DNA of 64,000 nucleotides from assembly GCA_049324835.1 (NCBI GenBank), contig JBMOMT010000060.1, positions 126,517 through 190,516 of the forward strand, read 5' to 3'. Both the position numbers and the translations under genes were made by a program. Origin of the DNA: Chloroflexota bacterium. Its GTDB lineage: Bacteria > Chloroflexota > Anaerolineae > CAYNKW01. The notes beneath the pieces are model-generated. The model did no database searches, was not told the DNA's origin, and was given only the letters and a program-made list of their open reading frames with translations. Shown here piece by piece: positions 58,468 through 64,000 of the stretch (the stretch's first letter is position 1; each line of letters begins with the position of its first letter).

Positions 58468-58986
58468 ATGAGCCAGCCATCAGCCGAACCTCGTTTTCTG
58501 GCCATCGCTCACGTTTTGCGCCCCTGGGGCGTGCGTGGCGAGGTCAAAGCCGAAATCCTCACCGAAGACCCCAATCGCTTCCAGTGGTTGGAAACGATCT
58601 ATCTGTCGCCCGATTTCCAGGCCCATCGGCTGGAAGGCGCACGACTGCACGGCGGGGCGGTGTGTCTCAAACTGGTCGATTGTAACGACCGTGACGCCGC
58701 CGAGCTGCTGCGTGGACGGACGGTGTACGTGCCCATTGAGGACGCGTTGCCTCTGGAGGAAGGTGAATTCTGGGTTCACCAGATTCTGGGACTGGAGGTT
58801 TGGTCTACCGATGGTCAGTTGCTGGGTGTGGTGCAGGAGGTTCTGGACACGTCGGCCAACGATGTGTACGTCGTTCGCAGCCAGCAAGGACGAGAGGTGC
58901 TCATCCCGGCTCTGATGGATGTGGTGCTGGACGTCGACCTGGAGAGCGGCCGGATGCTGGTGCGGCTGCCGGAAGGGCTGATCTGA
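58468..58986 (+). CDS. rimM: 16S rRNA processing protein RimM
   Basis: FLAIAHVLRPWGVRGEVKAEILTEDPNRF and a PRC-barrel C-terminus. Confidence 0.85.
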   Translation: MSQPSAEPRFLAIAHVLRPWGVRGEVKAEILTEDPNRFQWLETIYLSPDFQAHRLEGARLHGGAVCLKLVDCNDRDAAELLRGRTVYVPIEDALPLEEGEFWVHQILGLEVWSTDGQLLGVVQEVLDTSANDVYVVRSQQGREVLIPALMDVVLDVDLESGRMLVRLPEGLI

Positions 58987-59002
58987 GGCCGTTGTCGGCG
59001 CG

Positions 59003-60127
59003 GTGCGGAGAGAAGCGGTGAGTGAGAGCAAGTATTGGATCGGGTTCAACATGGTGCGCGGCATCGGCCCGGCCAAGGTGCAGGCGTTGCTGGATCACTT
59101 TGGTGACCTGCGGCTGGCCTGGCAAGCCACCGATGACGAGCTGCGTGCTGCTGGCCTCGATAGTCGGGCTTTGCAGAGCTTTTTGACCGCCCGCCTGGAA
59201 CTGGATCTGGATGCCGAACTGGCGCGCCTGGAAAGGGCCGGCGTGCGGCTGATCACCTGGCACAGCCCTGACTATCCGGAACTGTTAAAAAACGTCTACC
59301 ATCCACCGCCGGTGCTCTATCTGCGGGGCGCGCTGGCGCCTGCCGATGCCTGGGCTGTGGCTATTGTGGGCACACGCCGGGCCACTGCCTACGGCAAAGA
59401 GGCCGCCCGCCATCTGGCAGATAGTCTGGCCCGCGCCGGTGTGACGGTCGTCAGCGGTCTGGCGCGCGGCATCGACGCGATGGCGCATCAGGCCGCCATT
59501 GAAGCTGGTGGGCGCACCATCGCCGTGTTGGGCAGCGGGGTCGACGTGGCCTACCCGGCGGAAAACCGCCGCCTGATGCAACGCATCGCCGAACAGGGTG
59601 TGGTGATGAGCGAGTATGCCCTGGGCACGCCGCCGGAGGCCAGTAACTTTCCGCCGCGCAATCGTATCATCAGCGGGCTGTCACTGGGTGTGATCGTCGT
59701 CGAAGCGGGCGAGCGCAGCGGCGCGCTCATCACCGCCGACTTTGCTGCCGAGCAGGGTCGTGAGGTGTTTGCTGTGCCGGGCAACATGTTCAACCGTGGT
59801 TCGGTGGGTTGTAACCGCCTCATCCAGCAAGGCGCCAAGCTGGTACTCGGCGTCGATGATGTTCTGGAAGAACTCAACCTGACCCAGGCAGCCCAACAAT
59901 TGGAGCTGCACACCGTCGTTCCGGAAAACGAGACCGAATCGCGCCTGTTGGGCTTTTTGTCCGGCGAACCGACGCATGTCGACGAGATCGTGCGCCAGTC
60001 TGATCTCAACATTGCGCAGGTCAGTTCCACACTGGCGCTGATGGAGCTGAAAGGTATGGTGCGTCAGGTGGGGGGCATGAATTACGTGCTGGCCCGCGAA
60101 ACCGGCCCGGCCTATATCGTCGATTGA
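59003..60127 (+). CDS. dprA: DNA processing protein DprA (Smf)
   Basis: Rossmann-like DprA core (AVAIVGTRRATAYGKEAARHLADSLARAGVTVVSGLARGIDAMAHQAA...GSGVDVAYP) and C-terminal winged-helix region. Confidence 0.85.
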   Translation: MRREAVSESKYWIGFNMVRGIGPAKVQALLDHFGDLRLAWQATDDELRAAGLDSRALQSFLTARLELDLDAELARLERAGVRLITWHSPDYPELLKNVYHPPPVLYLRGALAPADAWAVAIVGTRRATAYGKEAARHLADSLARAGVTVVSGLARGIDAMAHQAAIEAGGRTIAVLGSGVDVAYPAENRRLMQRIAEQGVVMSEYALGTPPEASNFPPRNRIISGLSLGVIVVEAGERSGALITADFAAEQGREVFAVPGNMFNRGSVGCNRLIQQGAKLVLGVDDVLEELNLTQAAQQLELHTVVPENETESRLLGFLSGEPTHVDEIVRQSDLNIAQVSSTLALMELKGMVRQVGGMNYVLARETGPAYIVD

Positions 60128-60150
60128 TGTTTTTTCAGAGGGAGGTCTCG

Positions 60151-61218
60151 ATGTACGCACTCATCATGGCCGGCGGCGTGGGCTCGCGCCTCTGGCCTCG
60201 CAGTCGCAAGCCAACACCCAAACAACTGTTGAACCTGACCTCCGAGCGGACGATGTTCCAGGAAGCGGTAGCGCGCCTGGAGCCGCTCTTTGAACCCCCA
60301 CACGCCTTTGTGGTGACCAGCGCCGAATACGTGCCTGCCATGCGCCATCAGGTGCCGGCGCTGCCTGCTGAAAATTACGTGATCGAGCCATCGGGGCACG
60401 GCACCGCACCGTGTATCGGGCTGGCGGCTCTCTATTTGCGCCGCCTGGATCCGGACGCCATCATGGCCGTGCTCACGGCAGATCACTATATCGAAAAGTC
60501 GGATGCCTTTCGCGAGGCGCTGGCAGCCGCCGGCCAGATCGCCAGGGAAGGCTACCTGGTCACGTTGGGCATCAAGCCCGCCTTTCCCTCCACCGGTTAC
60601 GGTTATATCCTGCGCGATCAAAAATTGACCGAGGTGGGCAATCTGGAAAGCTATCGCGTCAAACGCTTCACCGAAAAGCCAGATCTGCCCACTGCCCGCA
60701 AGTTTGTGGCCACCGGGCGTTATTACTGGAACAGCGGCATGTTCGTCTGGCGTGTGGCCGAGATCATGGCCGAATTCCAGCGTCAGATGCCGGCCCTGTT
60801 TGCGCAACTGACCGAGATCGACCGGGCCATCGGCACGCCGCAGGAAAAGGACGTGCTGACGCGCGTCTGGGCCGAGGTGGAGAATCAGACCATCGATTAC
60901 GGCATCATGGAGGGCGCGCGCAACGTGGCCGTCATCCCGGTGGACATCGGCTGGTCTGATGTGGGCAGTTGGGCCACGCTGCTGGATATCCTGCCCGGCG
61001 ACGAGAGCGGCAACGTGGTCACCGGGCAACACCTGGGCATCGACACACGGCGCACGCTGGTCTACAGCCCCCACAGGCTGGTGGCGACAGTGGGCCTGGA
61101 AGACATGATCGTCGTCGACACCGGTGATGCGTTGTTGGTTTGTTCCAAAGAGCGGGCGCAAGACGTGAAAAAGGTCGTCGATGCGCTCAAAGCGCAGGGC
61201 ATCGAGAGCCTGTTGTAA
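60151..61218 (+). CDS. manC: mannose-1-phosphate guanylyltransferase (GDP-mannose pyrophosphorylase, nucleotidyltransferase domain only)
   Basis: MYALIMAGGVGSRLWPRSRKPTPKQLL (G-x-G-x-R-L), 356 aa. RBS GGAGG at 60141-60145. Confidence 0.8.
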   Translation: MYALIMAGGVGSRLWPRSRKPTPKQLLNLTSERTMFQEAVARLEPLFEPPHAFVVTSAEYVPAMRHQVPALPAENYVIEPSGHGTAPCIGLAALYLRRLDPDAIMAVLTADHYIEKSDAFREALAAAGQIAREGYLVTLGIKPAFPSTGYGYILRDQKLTEVGNLESYRVKRFTEKPDLPTARKFVATGRYYWNSGMFVWRVAEIMAEFQRQMPALFAQLTEIDRAIGTPQEKDVLTRVWAEVENQTIDYGIMEGARNVAVIPVDIGWSDVGSWATLLDILPGDESGNVVTGQHLGIDTRRTLVYSPHRLVATVGLEDMIVVDTGDALLVCSKERAQDVKKVVDALKAQGIESLL

Positions 61219-61346
61219 CCCCGGCCCCCTCACTGCCTGCTGCGTCAAGTGCAGGGCCAAACACGAGATAAAAGACCCCCGGCCAGTTTTCACCGCCAAT
61301 GACAGCCCGGCCACACGCGGCTCTTGCCTGTCTGCCGCGCTGCGAT

Positions 61347-61384
61347 GTTCCCCGAACCTGCGGGAGGGTAGGCTGAGCAGTTAC
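61347..61384. repeat. MITE-like repeat, copy D terminal arm (CCTGCGGGAGGGTAGGCTGAGCAGTTAC); upstream body (about 61214-61346) appears degenerate
   Basis: Identical to the right arm of copy A. A possible degenerate left terminus GTAAC at 61214-61218 overlaps the manC stop codon. Confidence 0.55.
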
Positions 61385-61431
61385 CCCGGAATGGAACGAA
61401 TGTTGCAAGATGCATCTCAAAGAAACGTTTG

Positions 61432-61460
61432 TTGCACTTTTTTGCCTTCTGTGGTAGAAT
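61432..61460 (+). promoter_or_regulatory. putative promoter TTGCAC-17-TGGTAGAAT (extended -10) upstream of the RpiR-family regulator
   Basis: -35 at 61432-61437, TGG at 61452-61454, TAGAAT at 61455-61460. Lies immediately 3' of MITE copy D. Confidence 0.4.
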
Positions 61461-61596
61461 ACATGCACCTCGCCCCCCTCGTCCCGATCACCGATCTTGA
61501 ATCTGGATGCCATCCCATTGTCTTCCATTTGAGCACGACCGGTCTCTGCGCTGTGTTGTACATTCGGCGTCAGGTGGAGCTGAAAGGTGACGGCTG

Positions 61597-62478
61597 ATGA
61601 AAAAGCTGCCAGGACTTTTCACCGAGCAAGCTGCTCTCCAAGACCGCATCGCGGCTGCCTTGCCTCACATGAGCAAAAAACACAAACAGATCGCCAGCTT
61701 TATCCTCGATAACCGCGATTTTGTGGCCTACGCTTCGGCGAGTCAGGTAGCCGGTAGGGCCGAAACGAGCGCAGCCACCGTGGTGCGTTTCTGCCAATCT
61801 CTGGGTTACGACGGTTACCTGCACTTGCAGGAGGCAATTCGAGGGCGGGTACCCGTCCGCCAGACGCCGGCCCAACGCATCAAAGGCCAACTGACCAGCC
61901 CTGTTCCGCAGGAAGACCTGCTGATGCGGGTTTTCGCGACCGATGTTCACAACATCGAACAAACAGCCGCGCTGGTGTCGAACGGTCGTTTGCAGACCGC
62001 CGTGGCCGAGATACGCCGCGCCCGCCGGATTCTGGTGATCGGCGATGGTATGGCCGGGGCGGTGGCTCATTTTTTTGCCCACGCCCTGCAAGTGATCGGC
62101 CTGCCGGCGCAGCGGATCACTTGTGGTGGAGAGCCGTTGGCGCTGGCGCTGGCCTCTGTACAATCGCAAGATGTGGTGATGGGCATTGGCTTTTGGCGTA
62201 ACCTGCGCGACGTGGTCACGGCTATCCGTCAGGCGCGGCAGGCAGGTGCGTCGACCATCGGCATCACCGATAGTTACCTTTCTCCTCTGGCTCGTTTGCC
62301 GGATCATCCTTTTTTGGTGGTCACAACTGGCATGGCGCACAGTCTATCGCTGGTGGGTGTCGTGTCGCTGCTGAACGCATTTCTGGTGGTGTTGTCTTTT
62401 TCCATCCCGGATCAAGTCGTCGAGTCTTTGCAGCGGCTGGATGCGGCTTACGAACGGTGTAATCTGTTGGCCGAATGA
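61597..62478 (+). CDS. MurR/RpiR family transcriptional regulator (HTH + SIS domain)
   Basis: HTH region HKQIASFILDNRDFVAYASASQVAGRAETSAATVVRFCQSLGYDGY and a SIS domain (RRILVIGDGMAGAVAHFFAHALQVIG). Confidence 0.8.
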   Translation: MKKLPGLFTEQAALQDRIAAALPHMSKKHKQIASFILDNRDFVAYASASQVAGRAETSAATVVRFCQSLGYDGYLHLQEAIRGRVPVRQTPAQRIKGQLTSPVPQEDLLMRVFATDVHNIEQTAALVSNGRLQTAVAEIRRARRILVIGDGMAGAVAHFFAHALQVIGLPAQRITCGGEPLALALASVQSQDVVMGIGFWRNLRDVVTAIRQARQAGASTIGITDSYLSPLARLPDHPFLVVTTGMAHSLSLVGVVSLLNAFLVVLSFSIPDQVVESLQRLDAAYERCNLLAE

Positions 62479-62572
62479 CGTACGAAACGGAAGGAGGTGA
62501 TGTGACGGATCAGAAACGGTGTGTCTCAGATCGATCTAAACAGCGCTATGTAATCGAAAAAGGAGGATCAAC

Positions 62573-64000
62573 GTGCGAAACCCCAAGAGAAAATTGATGA
62601 GCAGCGTAATGGTGCTGCTGTCGCTGGCCCTCCTGGCAGGTTGTGCGACCCCCACCCCCGAGGTCGTCGAAAAAGTCGTGGAGAAGGTCGTCACGCAGGT
62701 GGTCAAAGAGACGGTCATCATCGAGGGCACGCCCCAGGTGGTGGAAAAGGAGGTGACCAAGGTTGTCAAAGAGACGGTACAGGTCGAAAAAGTCGTCACG
62801 GCAACCTCTGCACCCGAGCGAGATGTGATCATCGTCGCTCTGTCGTCTGCACCGGACACCCTCGATCCGGCCGACCACCGCAACCGCCAGTCAGAGACGG
62901 TGATCCGCAACATGTTCGATGGCCTGGTCACTCGCGATAGCACCAGCGGCGTGCATCTGGAATTGGCCGAGGCCATGAACTGGCTGGACGACACCACACT
63001 GGAAGTCAAGCTGCGCCAGGGGGTCAAGTTTCACGATGGCGTCGAGATGACGGCCGACGACGTGGTCTTTACCTTCGAGCGCATCATCCAGGAGAACAAG
63101 ATCGAATACCCGGAGGCGCACACGTCGCCGCGCAAGGGTCTCATTGCGCCCCTGGAGTCCATCGAAAAAACAGACGACTATACGGTGGTCATGCGCTTTA
63201 GCGCTGCCTGGCCGCCGGCGATGCAGATGATCGTCCACCAGCAGATCGTGCCCAAGCATTACCTGGAGGAGGTGGGCACTGAAGGCTTTGTTGCCCATCC
63301 TATCGGTACGGGCCCCTTTAAATTCGTCTCGGCCGAAGGCCTGGAAGAAATCGTGCTGGAACGCTTTGACGACTATTACGGCGGCGCGCCAGATCTGGCG
63401 CCCGTGGGCTCGGCCTGTGTCAGGCAGGTGGTCTTTCGTGTCATCCCGGAGGCTTCTACACGGGTGGCCGCCTTGCTGGCCGGTGAGGTAGACATCATTC
63501 AGGCCGTGCCGGCAGGGCTGGTGGATACGCTGGCCCAGACGCCGGGCATCCAGGTCAAGGGAGCGGCTGGCACCCAGCCCAAGTGGATGGAGATGAACGT
63601 CAACCTGGCGCCATTCGACGACGTCCGGGTGCGCCAGGCGATGAACTATGCCGTGGACAAAGACCTGATCATCGAAGCCATCTATGGCGGTCGCGCCGTG
63701 GCCTTGCCCGGCGCGCTCTCGCCCTACAACAACTTTGTCAACAAGAGCCTCTCGCCCTATGCCTATGACCCCGACGAGGCCCTGGCCTTGCTGGCCGACG
63801 CCGGCTGGACCGACTCGAACGGTGATGGCATTCTGGACAAAGACGGCCAGAATTTCACCTTCACCATCGACACGCTGGAAGAGTGGCGACCCCTGGCCGA
63901 AGCCGTGGCCGGGCAATTCCGGGCCATTGGCATCGATGCCAGCGTGCGTTTCTGGGAGTACAGCGTTGTCAAGCCGATGCTCCAGGCTGGCGAGCGCCAG
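62573..64000 (+). CDS. ABC transporter substrate-binding lipoprotein, family 5 (peptide/nickel type), 3'-partial
   Basis: RBS AAAGGAGGA then GTG 62573. Lipobox LLAGCATP. Repetitive VVEKVV(T/K) linker. SBP-5 core (DVIIVALSSAPDTLDPADHRNRQSETVIRNMFDGLVTRD...). Runs off the window end, so it is absent from the ORF track. Confidence 0.75.
   Translation, partial: MRNPKRKLMSSVMVLLSLALLAGCATPTPEVVEKVVEKVVTQVVKETVIIEGTPQVVEKEVTKVVKETVQVEKVVTATSAPERDVIIVALSSAPDTLDPADHRNRQSETVIRNMFDGLVTRDSTSGVHLELAEAMNWLDDTTLEVKLRQGVKFHDGVEMTADDVVFTFERIIQENKIEYPEAHTSPRKGLIAPLESIEKTDDYTVVMRFSAAWPPAMQMIVHQQIVPKHYLEEVGTEGFVAHPIGTGPFKFVSAEGLEEIVLERFDDYYGGAPDLAPVGSACVRQVVFRVIPEASTRVAALLAGEVDIIQAVPAGLVDTLAQTPGIQVKGAAGTQPKWMEMNVNLAPFDDVRVRQAMNYAVDKDLIIEAIYGGRAVALPGALSPYNNFVNKSLSPYAYDPDEALALLADAGWTDSNGDGILDKDGQNFTFTIDTLEEWRPLAEAVAGQFRAIGIDASVRFWEYSVVKPMLQAGERQ

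Noticed and set aside
60112-61314. 400-aa minus-strand ORF
   Set aside because: It is antisense to manC, which has the GxGxRL nucleotidyltransferase motif.
62536-63916. Minus-strand ORFs 62536..63027 and 62891..63916
   Set aside because: They are antisense to the partial family-5 solute-binding protein gene, which runs off the window end and is therefore missing from the track.

Overview
This is a GC-rich bacterial chromosomal window of about 64 kb, densely coding on both strands. It reads as mostly core and accessory-metabolism genes with several unusual gene neighbourhoods. I found no tRNA, rRNA or CRISPR. All family names come from motif recognition by eye. No database search was run.

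Recognisable genes (about 60 CDS):
- Housekeeping: Lon protease, GyrA, and an Ffh, S16, KH-protein, RimM, DprA cluster.
- An M20-M16-MFS gene string, a PccB-like carboxyltransferase, and a polyprenyl-phosphate sugar transferase.
- RsfS, a GGDEF cyclase, a Mut7-C protein, an Amt-like transporter and ThpR.
- A CHASE2 adenylate/guanylate cyclase followed by two tandem FecR-domain paralogs.
- TtcA, a LysM lipoprotein, PlsC, a run of small DUF membrane proteins, and endonuclease IV.
- NUDIX and PaaI enzymes, a PfkB kinase, and a flotillin-like protein next to a zinc-ribbon membrane protein.
- An EFR1-type ferredoxin and a YhfC-like protease.
- An approximately 8.4 kb minus-strand unit headed by a short GntR regulator. 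It carries stomatin, DUF4177, two ABC exporters and DUF4870.
- A minus-strand cluster of DUF4349, a GT4 glycosyltransferase, an SNF2 helicase, a DEDDy exonuclease, an S1 protease and a small pro-domain paralog.
- A CooC-like ATPase.
- An operon of REC-GAF regulator, tungsten AOR, 2x[4Fe-4S] ferredoxin and an HgdC/BcrA-type activase.
- ManC, an RpiR regulator and a partial family-5 solute-binding protein.

Most notable non-genic signals:
1. A MITE-like repeat family of about 120-150 bp. It has GTAACTGCTCA terminal inverted repeats, an internal hairpin kept by compensatory changes, and 8-bp target-site duplications. There are three full copies, one degenerate copy and one mini-palindrome.
2. Two arrays of 7-bp tandem repeats (ACGTTTG and degenerate ACGYYTS units). 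They sit in near-identical contexts just 5' of two start codons inside the GntR-headed cluster.
3. A perfect TTGACA-17-TATAAT promoter overlapped by a 9-6-9 palindrome in front of the GntR gene.
4. Several TGGTATAAT-type extended -10 promoters, including a face-to-face divergent pair.
5. One clean rho-independent terminator closing the long minus-strand unit, and a bidirectional terminator.

The best candidates for a previously undescribed system are:
- the free-standing pro-domain paralog with the cytoplasmic S1 protease, DEDDy exonuclease and zinc-ribbon SNF2 helicase;
- the AOR, ferredoxin and ATP-dependent activase operon with its REC-GAF regulator;
- the heptad-repeat-punctuated GntR, stomatin, DUF4177, dual-ABC cluster;
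- the CHASE2 cyclase with duplicated FecR partners.
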